Source: Utricularia gibba (Eukaryota > Plantae > Magnoliophyta). From it: a stretch of DNA of 64,000 nucleotides. The notes under the pieces are model-generated. The model was not told the origin of the DNA, did no database searches, and worked only from the letters and a program-made list of their open reading frames with translations. The first letter of the stretch is position 1. The number at the start of each line of letters is the position of its first letter. The stretch spans positions 1,426,001-1,490,000 of the forward strand of contig NEEC01000012.1 of NCBI GenBank assembly GCA_002189035.1, written 5' to 3'. Shown one piece after another: positions 52,613 to 64,000 of the stretch. The position numbers were made by a program, and so were the translations under genes.

Positions 52613-53399
52613 TTTCTTCGCAGGAAGGAACCCCTCCCTCCCTCCCTCTTTCTTGAGCAAATTGGGGAACACATTTTGAAATGAATAAATAGCGGGAACA
52701 GTTTATTTTTTAGGTTCGTCGAGCTGGAGCCAAACCCGTCCGCGGCTCTCTCTGCAGTAGAGAAACCTAAAGCTACACGTGAAGCTGCTTTAGTACCAAT
52801 TTGGTACATAATGATGAGTTTAGAATCAATAAATGTTGATATGTTACACAATGGCACTAGGTGTAGGATATGAACACAAAATACTATTATTCGGCTCGAC
52901 TTGTTTGGATATATTACAAGTTTGGTCACTATTGTTTAAGTATGATAAAAATAATCATTATATATATAAGAATTTATTCATAATTGTAAAGATCATTTGA
53001 GGTTGCATGTGTTAAATATCAAAACTTTAACAGATAATGTATTTGGAAGCTTAATAAAAAACAAGAAGAGTAAAGAAAGACAAATTGATTTTATGTAGAA
53101 ATTTAAAACGGAAGAAAACCACATACGATGAAATCGTCCACTAATATGAAGAAGAAAATTAGTAAAGTTAATATACACAGGATATATGATGACTTTAAGG
53201 AAAAAAATGTAATAGTATTAAATTTCTTGAAAGAGATATCTTATTTCTTTGTATATCTTCTATTGTGTGAGATAAGTTTCATATTTTGTTATTGAATTGA
53301 ATTATAATAAGTCAAGGTGTAGTAAATTGAAGACATAGATCCAACAATAATAGTGTGTGTGAAAGAAAAGGTTAATGCTCAATTTTCTAAATGATCCTA

Positions 53400-54950
53400 A
53401 CTTGCTTGAGGCTATCACACTAATGCACACCAATTCTTAAATCTCTTGTAATTGACTAAGAACAAAACTTCAAGTTGAAGGTTCGACATTCATATTACAC
53501 GTTTTAGGGATTTGTTAGGCTACACTCATGGGTTAATGCCTGAGTAGTTGATTCACCTATTTATATTATACGTTTACTTGACTTCACACAAAATGACATG
53601 GATTTGGTTATTTGATCACCTTGCAATTTAAATTCAAGTAATTTATGAATTATCTAGTATATTTGTATAAGGAGGATTAGATTGGATTTTATGATGTTCA
53701 TTACAAGTGTGCTAATGTTTTAAATAGGGATTTTGATATTGAAAAAAAAAGGTTTTGAAACTTTCCCGTGATATCTCAAAAGAATAAAAATAAACGCAAT
53801 TGGTTTGTGGGTTGCAACTTTATTAAAAATTAGTTACATTTATTACATGCTTCTCAATTTAATTTACCTGTATTTTTTTAGTTATTTTTATTTTAATGTT
53901 TATGCATAATTTGCAGCCTGATCATGTAAACTATGTTTCATTGACATTATCTCAAATGTCATTATTTCTCTATATTAATCATTATATAATTATGTAAATT
54001 ATTATTATTTTTCATACTAGTAGAAGTTGTATAAGAAAAATTAAAATTCAAAACCAAATAATACTTTTTCTATAAATGCGATGATGAGGTTGTGCTTATG
54101 GACGTTTTCAACAAATGATTAAGCAAGGATGATGGTTAGAAAATGAGTGGAAAGTTGAGACTAAAATTTTCAAATTATGATTGGAGTTAATCATTCAAGC
54201 TCATCCACATGTTAAGTCAAAATAGAACATATGAAAGAAGAATTATAACAACTTGATATCTTTGCTAACTTCTTTTAAAACTAAATTTAATAGCATATTA
54301 GATTTAAAATATACAGGTTTTGTGTATTTGTCTTTTTTTTATACTAGATGAAAAGACTTTTCTTTCAACATTCATTCAAATGAATGATTTTCAATACAAG
54401 TTATGATCACACTACTATAATTGGATTGAGGTTTTTGAAAATTAAAAAGATTGAAATGAGGTGAATCTATTGACTTCAAAGAAAATTCTCTAACAAAAAA
54501 TGAGAGACAAAAGCTTATTGTTAGAAGCAATGAGACTTCATTTGAAAGTAATAAAATATTCATATTTATTAAGTATATGAACCAAATGTCATTCATCTAC
54601 AACACTCACACTCAATCTTTATTTGTGGATTCAACATATTCACCAGAACCCAAAGAACCAAAGAAAATGAACAAACACATCAAAGAAAAAATGGGGAAAC
54701 AATGTTCAAGAAGAAAAGGATTCAAAAGAAGAAGAAGTTGAAGATTGACGAATCTGAGATTAAAACCATATATGCATAAAGTATCGTCGAAGTATAAAGT
54801 ACTTCCTTAAAAATGTTAGAGCCAAATGAGCAAGGATTGTGAATCAAAAACAACAAGAGCTATTGCTAGAGTCTTATTATTGCTACAAATAATGCTAAAG
54901 TTTGAGGTTTTTGAACTAATTATATGTAATCTTGTGAAGTTAGATTATAT
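53400..54950 (+). mobile_element. Heavily decayed PIF/Harbinger remnant; Myb/SANT-like ORF1 at about 54070-54480, possible transposase debris upstream
   Basis: IQAHPHVKSK*NI*KKNYNNL and HYYNWIEVF match the PHI.SK...WKK.Y and YY..W.E.FGKDRA motifs of Harbinger ORF1. The upstream transposase signal is weak. Confidence 0.55.
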
Positions 54951-55749
54951 ATTGCAATCCATTGATATTGAGTTCAAGATGATTGTGTTGAATATTGTTG
55001 GAGATAATGTTTAGAAAGGTTTACTATATTTATTTCTTTTGTCTAATGTTTTAAAACATGCTTAATATATTTGGATTGTTGTCTTTTATTGCACTTTGTA
55101 TGATTATACCCTCTTAAACTTCAGATATTATATAATTGATCAACAAAAAAATTCAAAAGAAACCATTTCCAACACTTCATGTGGTTTTTGTCTTTGACAA
55201 TCTACTTTGAAATTTTCAAAATTCTATAATTTATTTTTAAATCAAGATTCTATTAGAACAATTTGCAATTTGCACATCAAAAAATGAAATTGAAATAATC
55301 AAGTATATAATAAATTATAGATCAATATTAATTAGATGGATCTAATCTTTTCTAATATGATACATATTATTTATGTATTTGGACTTCACATATGCTCGTC
55401 TGATCTATTAAATATACCTAAATTTTTCTAATGTAATCCATATTTTTTATGAACTTGGGTTTCACGTATGCTCGCTTAATCTATTGAATCCTGAATTTCA
55501 ACAAATTTTTCTGTCTCAAAGCTACATTTCAAACATATAAATTCTATTATAATTTTGTCGTAAAACTACACTCAAAATAGAGAAATTAGTCATTTCAAGT
55601 TCTTTTGATACCATAAAAAATATTTGAGAAAGAAGAAAAAGTATTAAAATTTATAGCCTATTATAATATCATTATCAACATCCAACTAGAAAGATAAATA
55701 GAAAAATTCACGTTGAACTAAAATTAGGTATTTCAAACGATTGTAAGAT

Positions 55750-56250
55750 TTAAGTTTAACAATGTCAACTCTAATACACCAAGCATTCCATGTCGAAGTA
55801 ATTTGTGACTTTAAGATCTATTTATCTATCTCTTCATTGTTAATATTGTCACTTTCATATCCATTTTCAAATGGATCTCTTACAATCTTTTGCAAATAAA
55901 ATTATGCACCAAGACACACACATGAATTATACAATTTTGAGTAATGAATGACTAGAAAAGATGGCTCTTCAAAATAATTCATAATTGTTTCATTAGCCTC
56001 CAAACTTGCTCAATCACATTTCTTCAAGAAATATGGTGCATTTTGAAATACTCTCTAACAAGCCATTTTTCAAATGATAATCAACATCTTTATAGAGAGG
56101 GCATCAAGAAACCCTCACAATTTCTAAATAAGATTTACAAGTAAAAGTAGTGACATATCATTAATGTCAACATAATCAATTCATACAAAAAGGAGGAATT
56201 AATTGAATGAGAATATGTTGCTCAAATTAAAGTAATACAAAATCTTATAT
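55750..56250 (-). mobile_element. PIF/Harbinger transposase C-terminal fragment
   Basis: NCEGFLMP...EYFKMHHIS*RNVIEQVWRLMKQL*IILKS..TQNCIIHVCVLVHNFI matches EYFNM.HS.ARNVIER.FG.LK.RW.IL..TQ..II.ACC.LHNFI. Confidence 0.75.
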
Positions 56251-56627
56251 AATTCAATCATACTGATAGTATAATAATCCAAAATATCATTATATTTCTA
56301 TGAACACCTATATTTGTATCATATCCTAATATGCCACTCAATAAAAATATGATAAGATAAATATGAAAAATCACATTTTATGTTTCTCATACTAAACAAC
56401 ATAAAAAGAATATGAAAAAATGATTTTACATGCTAATTAATGGAAAGAGAATATCACATTTATGTTTTTCATTTATATGAAACAAAAAATGGAAAGAGAA
56501 TATGAAAAATGTTATATTATAACTGAAGAGGTGCAAAAATAAATAAACTTCATTTAATGAGGCATGCGAACGTGAGTATGAAACTCCTTTTTTTTGAGTA
56601 AGTATCACGTCACAACCAATTGTACAA

Positions 56628-56635
56628 TTTCCCGC
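56628..56635 (+). promoter_or_regulatory. Canonical E2F site TTTCCCGC about 42 bp upstream of the ATG at 56677
   Basis: Exact match to the plant E2F consensus; a CCAAT lies at 56616-56620. Confidence 0.55.
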
Positions 56636-56676
56636 TCGAAGTACGTGGTGCTGGGAGGGGAGTCACTGCGACAGCA

Positions 56677-57227
56677 ATGGAGGTCGAAAAAATCATGGAT
56701 ACCGTGAAGAAGAAGCCACCGATGAATCTGGAAACGTACCTTGATTTCATGGAAAACCGCGATCTCGATCTTGACGTTAATCAACTTCGTCAGGTGCATT
56801 TCTTTTCCTGATGAATTAACTTCTCTTTGATTTTTCTGGATTCTGAATCCGGAGTTATCGGTGAAGCAACTTCGTTTTCGCGGTTGTAGATGATCGGTAT
56901 CCATGGCTACAAGCAGCCCAACGGAGGGAAGGCAGGATACGAAAACTCTCTTCGAATTTGATTAGTTTTTCGTTCCGCGATCTTTGCTAGATCGATCATT
57001 GTGTTTTTCAGAAATTGTTGAAGGAAGTGGTAGACTCTATAGATCTTCTGGATCTCCGGCGCTCAACGGTGCTGGACGACGCCGTTTCAGGGGATGCTCG
57101 TCTCGCAGTGAAAGAGATAATTGACGATCTCAACACACTCGACTGGAAAGAGTGTCACATCACCTCTCTCCTTGCCCTCAGTGCTCACTCCACCGCCACG
57201 GCGCCGAGCCGGAAAAGAAAGAAATAG
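56677..57227 (+). CDS. Uncharacterised small plant protein of about 124 aa, 3 exons (56677-56793, 56890-56931, 57012-57227), SAP-like motif and C-terminal NLS
   Basis: MEVEKIM..LETYLDFMENRDLDLDVNQLRQ|MIGIHGYKQPNGGK|KLLKEVVDSIDLLDLRRSTV..DLNTLDWKECHITSL..RKRKK*. Resembles a conserved uncharacterised plant family (DLM.P.RSTL, DL..L.WQEC.VTS). Intron 2 needs a GC donor. Confidence 0.75.
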
Positions 57228-57669
57228 GGGACATAGATAATTAAGCAGACTGCGGTGGATCCACCATGCCGCCCTAGAAAATTCCGGTTTGAAGTTGATG
57301 CTTTTACTGTTTCTAAGTGTTCGCATTTTCCTGAATATGAAAGCACAATGAGCATCTGATGTATCTAGTGTCCTTTACACAGCAGAATCCTTCCATCTCT
57401 GAACCTTCCCTGACATGGAAGTATTTCAAAAAAATTATACACCGGGCGAAAACATCAAGTTGTGGTGTCGCCACTATATAAGGCTGAGAACCCACTTCTG
57501 CTTGCACTCTCACTCACTCCAGGGATTATTACTATTCCACTATCACTACACAGGTGATGGATTACATGACGCCTTCATCAGATGAAATCTATCAAACAGC
57601 AAAGCATGTTTGCCAGTGCTGTCATCGGGACTTCTGGTGGTTGTAAGAAGGTGCAGAAACAGTGCAACT

Positions 57670-60115
57670 TCAGAGACCATCCCTTAAGCTCAGCTTTATG
57701 TTCTGCACTTCAACGGACAGCCGCTGTTTGTGGTCTTCGATATCCCTGAGAAGTGAAAGAAGGTTCATGCGATATACTTCGCACTTGTGATTCGCATGCT
57801 CGAGATCCTTCGAAAGCTCAGTGATCTTCTCATCCATATTGGCCTGCTTCAGGAAAAGCACAGCAATTTAGACACAAGACAGGACACATATGACTGACTA
57901 TAATCTATGTTTGGATGGCGGTAGTTATGAGGAAAAGAGCGATGCAGACCTCGGAAAGTTGCCCTGCTGAGCTCCCTTGACCCTTGTGACAGTGCACAGA
58001 ATGGATTGCATCCATGGCTGAATCGTGACTGAAAGAGGAGCCATTGGCCATAGGAACCTTTCCCTCAGTCATTGTTGCCAGAGCAACTTTCCTCGAGGCA
58101 TCTGCAAACGCAGCCATGGCAACAGTGTATGATTCCACAGATTCAGCTCCTTCATCAGCGATTTTGAAGGCCTCATGCCGAAGGGTGTTGTATCTAACCA
58201 TATGAGATTCCAAATAGCTGTTGAAGCCTGAGACATGCTCTTCCAGAACGACACTACTCTTTGCATTCCTTGTCCACCGTTTCAAAATGTAATGGGAGGG
58301 AAGAGTAAGCACGTTTGTGACTCTAAAAACGGCCAATATATGTCGGCAAAGAAGACCTGAAAACTCAAACATCTGGCAGCTACATGCAACCTTCATTTCT
58401 AGCACATTGAACCGCACATGGTAAGCTTTATGGTTTTCACCAAACTTTTCTACTTGATATGTTGTGACTTCTCCATCATCCTCTGTTTTTGATGCCACAT
58501 AAGTTAGGGTGCTTATCAACTCCTCCTGAAATCTAGTGAATATCCTTCTGGTGTAGAATTCAGATGCCTGTTTCTCCATAGGTGAAGGTGTTCTTAGAAC
58601 TGGAGGTGTATTCATTGTATCAAAATCTGCTTTAACCTCCTTTTCATGACGACTCTCCAATGCTTTTTCATACAATCTGAAGAACTGGCTGAGACTGGTG
58701 GATGCATTCACATATCCATCAAAGTAGGAGTTCATACTGTCACTTCGCTGAGTGATGGACATTTCAGCAAAAAAATTGTCTCGGAGATATGCAGGAACCC
58801 ATTGCCTCCGGTCATCGAAAATAGCTTGAAACCACTTATGGTCCCTGAGATCATACTTATCCACGAGGGAGTACCAGCATGATTCAAACTCTTCAGTTGT
58901 CTCTGACAAGTTGACACACTTGTGAAAGGCAGCTTCAAACTGAGTGTGCTTCAGCATCACTTGTGATAGCTTCTCCTGGCACTGTTTATAGATATGCCAC
59001 TTACAGAAGCGATGCCGAGCAGTTGGGAAAACTTGCGTGACGGCAGAGCGTATCACGGCATCATGTTCGGTGGTTATCGACATGGGAGCACGTCCGGACA
59101 TGGCGGCCAACCAGGTCCTGAACAACCAAACAAAGGATGCCTCGGACTCATTGATCAGGAAAGCGCAACCAAAGAGAACAGGGTGTCCATGATGGTTCAA
59201 CCCAGTGAAGGGTGCAAATGGAAGCCTATACCTATTGGACCTATAAGTAGTGTCAAATGTCACAGTGTCTCCGAAATGGTTATAATCTGCTCTAGCTCCA
59301 AGATCAGCCCAGAAGACATTACCTGTGCACTGCTCCTCATCCAACTGCACTGAATACAAAAAAGAAGGGTTCTCAGCATGTTTCTGCTTCAGGTAATCCA
59401 ACAGAAGCTGGATATCTCCCTCCATGCTTCTCTTCTTACTGTTCCGCATGTAATTCCTGCAGTCCACCTCTGTGAACCCCACCTTACTGATTCCACCATA
59501 CTCCTTGACAAGCACAGACATGATCCTGCGAGGCCCCATTCCGGCAGCCTGCAGGGTGTCAATGAGGGTCTTAGCCGGACCAGATATCTGCCGGTGCGAT
59601 CGAAGGCGGTGCACTTCATCAGGACGAACTAATTCATGGTTATGCTCCTTGGAAAAGCTGGAAACAATCCACTTCCCTGAATCTTGTATCTTCACAGACA
59701 AGGAAGCCTTGCAACCAACCCGGGTAACAGTCCTCGGCCTCTTGATCTCCCTGTCCTTTGTTCGCTTCTCGTTCAGGTTGCGAAACCCCTCCTTGGCACA
59801 CACGAAGGATCTCTGAATTATGGCTCCATCTTTCCTGGAGCGGCGGGAGGAGCTCACCCTGGTGCTGAATCCGACGCGTCTCGCGTATGAGTTGTAGAAG
59901 GCTTTCGCAGCCTCTTCAGACTCGAACTCCATCCCCTCGTAGGGCTCAAGATCAATATCTCCCACAGGAACGTAAGTGGAGGTATTTCCGGCGCTGCCGC
60001 TACCGCGCGAATTGGTATCATCGGGCACTTCACCATGCTCAGTGGAGGTTTCTATGTCAATGCTCTCATCTCCTCCGCCCAAACCGATGTCAAACTCTAT
60101 AACCCCATTTTCCAT
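57670..60115 (-). CDS. FRS5: FAR1-RELATED SEQUENCE 5 (domesticated MULE transposase transcription factor), 2 exons (60115-57950, 57843-57670)
   Basis: EPYEGMEFESEEAAKAFYNSYARRVGF, FAR1 WRKY-like domain, TFDTTYRSNRYRLPF, HRFCKWH, SWIM CSCQMFEFSGLLCRH, C-terminal coiled coil KITELSKDLEHANHKCEVYR. Confidence 0.95.
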
Positions 60116-61448
60116 ACCAAATTTCGCTGAATCTGAACGGGTTTCCCCCGTTTTCTAATCCATCGGCCGGAAGCGAGCAGTCAAAATCAGAGAATCAGGG
60201 AGAGAAGCAGCAGAAATGGGGTTGAAGGGCTTACTGGAATCCATGATTGAAGGCACATACAGAAAGGCTGTTGCTGGGGGGAGTTCCCATTTTGTGGAGC
60301 GAAATTCAAAGCCCCCAAGAGACCGCCAGTTGCCGCTGACGCGGTTTCTCCCCCTGCGAGAACAGGGTACCGGTGGGTGCGGCGTAGATGATCAGAGCCC
60401 TAATTTCATACGTGACGTTAATGAGCCGACGGGAAATGGTGGGCACGCTGCAGTACATTCTATCGTACTTTCAACTATTTCTCACTAAAAAGTAAAACCC
60501 CACTTTAAATTTTAAAAGATAATAAATATGTATTTAAATAAACATATTTTTTGCAAATATATTTAAAGTATTATTTAATGAATACGTATATTTAGAAATC
60601 AAAAAAGATTTAAAATTCACTTAAAAATTAAAAAAGTTCACTTGACATAAAAATGTTAAATATATGATTGAAAAAATTACATAAATACTTTACTAATAAC
60701 ATATTTATTAAAAAAATACATCTATCAAACAAATATAATTCTCAATATATACATATTCAAAAGTGTAGGCAAATTAACAAAACACGAACTTGGACAAATC
60801 TCATGTCGACTAGACATGAAATAATACTTGAATAACATAAGATGATCATGCCAATTTTAATCAAGGTTGGATATTCTTGAAGTGATAAATACTCATTAAG
60901 AAACATGTGTGCACGAATGGATCACACGACCCATTGATGGTTGATTGCACCATCACACGGTTGCACACGTCAAAGGGATCACAAAACGCCCCTTAGATTT
61001 AATTACACAAGTTTCGTTGCTTCTTCTGTCTTGCTACAGTGATAAACTTTTGCATTTTTATGTAAAATCATCGCTAGCAGTTACTGAACACATATAGGAG
61101 AAAAAAACGTGCCTAGTTCAACAACTCCTCTTTGTGCTGGCTATGGGAGCCCGTCAAATGCCTGCAGCAGGATTATGAGAAGTCAGAAGGGATTCAGGAG
61201 TGGCTGCTAAGTAAAAAGGAGGGCGTGGGGAGACCTACAATTGTAGAGGATGAGGGTTAGTGCGAAGCCAGGTATCATCGTCATTCACTATGCATATTTT
61301 TCAGCAAATACAGAGACAAGCAAAAAATATCCCATTTGATGAACAAACCAGGGGCTGCAGCAGCTTTCATATCTGTTGAGTGCCTTGGCCATCTGTTTAG
61401 TTTAGTTGCAGAAGCTTGTGCTAATCCATGATGTAAATAAATACTCCC

Positions 61449-64000
61449 TCATCTCTGTTTACAACAGTGGCCGCATTTCCAGCCGGCTTCACTGATCGAG
61501 GTTTCGACCCATGGTGAGCAATGGCTGTGTATCCACATTCCACAGATTAGGCAAGAGAGGTCGGGGTATGGATCTGAGCGGGAGCATATTTTACAAGGCA
61601 ATATTTCAATTGTTCCAAGGGATATAACGGGCTCTTCTTGATCATAGGATATTTCGAGTGTTCCATCATCCGAAAGGACTGGTGTTGATTGGAAGTTTTC
61701 TGCAGAAAAGCTGGATTCATTGCCGTGAGAAACGGCACCATCATCAGACGCAAGCAGCTCTTGGAAGGAGAAGTACGTCTGAGGTTCAAACTCCGTATCA
61801 TCATAACCACCAATATTCTCGTAGTCCAATACCACCCCATCATCATGAGAGTGAGCCAAATGATCCTGTGGGGATATGAAATCCTGCATCCAGCCATCAT
61901 TAGCATCACTAAAGCCAGATACTTCATCGATCCCTGGGTGAAAGCCTGGATTGTTTTCGCTAGTTACATGTCTTGCAACAGGCAGTTTCTTAGTGGTTGC
62001 ATCAAAAGTAGGGAGGTTTAGCTGAAAAGGATCCAGAGCATGAGTAGAGAACATGTCTGGTTCTTGTTTAGCTTGTCTTCGAACTGGTAGTTTCTGTGGG
62101 CCGGAACCAGATACATCTGAATGATTCCATCCATCATCCAGTTCAGATAAGTCACTGTACTGATGAAAGCGGGAAGATGAGAGAAGAGGATCATTTGATG
62201 CTTGAGGACCAATTTCAGGATGCATGATTAATGTCTCCAGCCTTGGAGCCCTGTCCTCGAATTTGTACTCTGACACCTTCTTTTTGTCCGGATCCGCATA
62301 AGGACATGGCGGAGATTTAATCCTTCGGCACTTGGGACACTTGAAACCCACAACACTGAAAATCATGGACTCATCCAATTGCAGAGCATCGGCATGATAC
62401 CAATCTGAAAGGCACAAATGTGGCACCTCAACTGCTTATGGCAGGAACAGAGATAAAATAACTGGGAAAAAATTGAATACAGAAATACACTTCAGAGAAC
62501 AAGCTTACATTGGCATGCTTCACAGCGAACATACATTAGATCAGCATTGTATTCTTGGAAACAAAGACGGCAAACTATGTTTGGCAGGTTCCTGTCTGCA
62601 TTGCCCTTCAGAATAATGTTTCTCAATCTAAAATCAATGCCAGTGTCTTCGGAATTGTTTTTCTTCAATATGAGACCCCAGTGCTTAAATTTATTACTTT
62701 TTTTCTTCCCAACAGAACCAACCTTTGTTGGTTCCATCTCACAATGATAACCACCGTTTTCTCCTGATGCGGAGGATCCTTTTTGACCCACTGAACTTCT
62801 TGATCTGTTGGAGGTGCTAGTATGTGGATAGTCTCGAGTTTGAAGAAACAACGGACTTGTAGGGGAGCCATAGGTGTTTAAAACTTGTGATGTAGCGGAA
62901 ATCTGAGAGCACCTTATGCAAGTGATTATGAGATCCAGGTCCTGGTCCTGCTGAAGTGTGGAACTGGTGGCACATTTTTTATGGAAAAAACCTGTTCAAC
63001 AGAGAACCCATATTGTGTCTTCTTCTTTCTTTATTCCAAAAAATAAAGAAGTAAAAGATCTCCACAGCCACATTAGGAACAAGTAGATTCAACTTGTAGA
63101 TACCGCTGTTACTCAACATATTCCAAAGGTTCAAGTAGGAGAATGCTTAAGGAGAGAACTAATGAAGCAAAAAAGAGCAATATAATTATTTGCAATACCT
63201 TCGCATTTAGAGCACTTGAGGGCATTCCTGGCCAACGGAAATATAAAATGTTAGAAACTGAAATAAGTAAAAAAAAAAATGATTAAAACAAAAGAAGGAA
63301 AAGATGCTTGTGATCAACAGTAAAATACCAGTAAAAGATGCCTTGCCCACATGAGCAGCAATTAATCTGACCAATATTATTTTGCTTCCTCCAAAGACAC
63401 AAGAATGTATTTCTCTGATGAGTTTTCTGCCACCTTATCTTTAATCTGGAAAATGAAGTTCCAGATTTGATCCTCCCAAATTTTTGTTCGTACTCTTTAA
63501 TCAAATATAAGGGGATACGCGCTTCAGAAAACCAGTATTTTTCTTTTCCATCATCCATAACTTGCTCAATTTCTGCTATATTTTTCATGAGGCGAGATGG
63601 CAGATGCTTCTGGCCCCCAAAAGTAACACAGTACCTAATTTCGTTTTCCACAATCTTCTTGTCACAAATGAAAGCATTTCGAAAAGCAGAGGCTTCAGCA
63701 TCTGAGCCTTTTCCATCAACTGTGGTTTGCTCTGGACGAACTAGATCAGTCCATCTGACATTGGAGTCAAGGTATCGAACCTGCAGTATTGCATATTGGG
63801 TTGTTAGGAATGCTAAAACACATTATGAATTATTGCATATTGGGTTTTTTTTTACTGATAAAAAAAAACACTAGCTGGAACATTTCCAAAAGTTCCATGC
63901 CCGAAGTTAAATGGTTCAAAAAAAAAGGGGGGATCATTTGCGGGCACTCAAAAGTACCATAAACCAAGAAATGCACCTGAAGCGCAAGGCCTGCTATATT
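61449..64000 (-). CDS. PTM: DDT/PHD chromatin protein, PTM-like, 3' part (runs off the right end of the window)
   Basis: YCVTFGGQKHLPSRLMKNI..YWFSEARIPLYLIKEYE, HWGLILKKNNSEDTGIDFRLRNIILKG, CRLC..YVRCEACQ|WYHADA..VGFKCPKCRRIKSPPCPY, QKLPVRR, EFEPQTYFSFQELL and terminal PHD-like CKIC..CLICGMWIHSHC..WKCGHC. Confidence 0.92.

Noticed and set aside
57670-60115. FRS5 as an active Mutator transposon
   Set aside because: No flanking TIRs, it has the FRS5-specific C-terminal exon, and the DDE-equivalent positions are altered (TEHD, RSDS). This is a known domesticated gene.
61080-61449. No transmembrane tail after the PTM terminal PHD-like finger
   Set aside because: The transmembrane extension is, as I recall, specific to an Arabidopsis isoform, so its absence is expected.
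1-64000. tRNA, rRNA, snoRNA, CRISPR, organellar or bacterial insertions
   Set aside because: By eye I found no complete tRNA cloverleaf, rRNA-like block, regularly spaced repeat-spacer array or operon-like prokaryotic segment. tRNAscan-SE and Infernal/Rfam scans would be needed to exclude small ncRNAs.

Overview
64 kb of plant (eudicot-type) nuclear DNA. Compact gene islands with short introns alternate with very AT-rich blocks of decayed transposons (about 13.2-25.8 kb, 29.2-31.9 kb and 52.9-56.5 kb). I can trace 16 protein-coding genes by manual splicing: LEUNIG-like (partial), ABC1K4, a 51-aa membrane microprotein, a CCCH/G-patch (ZGPAT-like) protein, GGCT2/ChaC, UBA5, a BOR borate exporter, Ran, a matrix metalloproteinase, JMJ32/JMJD7 (one frameshift), PDIL5-1, SIZ1, two uncharacterised genes, FRS5 and PTM/DDT-PHD (partial). 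Transposon remnants include Copia RNase H, LTR pieces, three PIF/Harbinger remnants, an internally deleted MULE with long TIRs, and Tourist-like MITEs. I found no rRNA, tRNA or CRISPR features and no clear novel multi-gene system. The best leads are two uncharacterised head-to-head genes that look like cell-cycle factors: one has a CKAP2/BUB1-like helical motif and CDK sites, the other a SAP-like motif, an NLS and a perfect E2F site. Other leads are the uORF-containing BOR leader, a GGCT2 with an altered DHRG motif, an anchorless MMP, an internally deleted LEUNIG copy and the JMJ32 frameshift. Family assignments come from motifs recalled from memory; no database searches were run.
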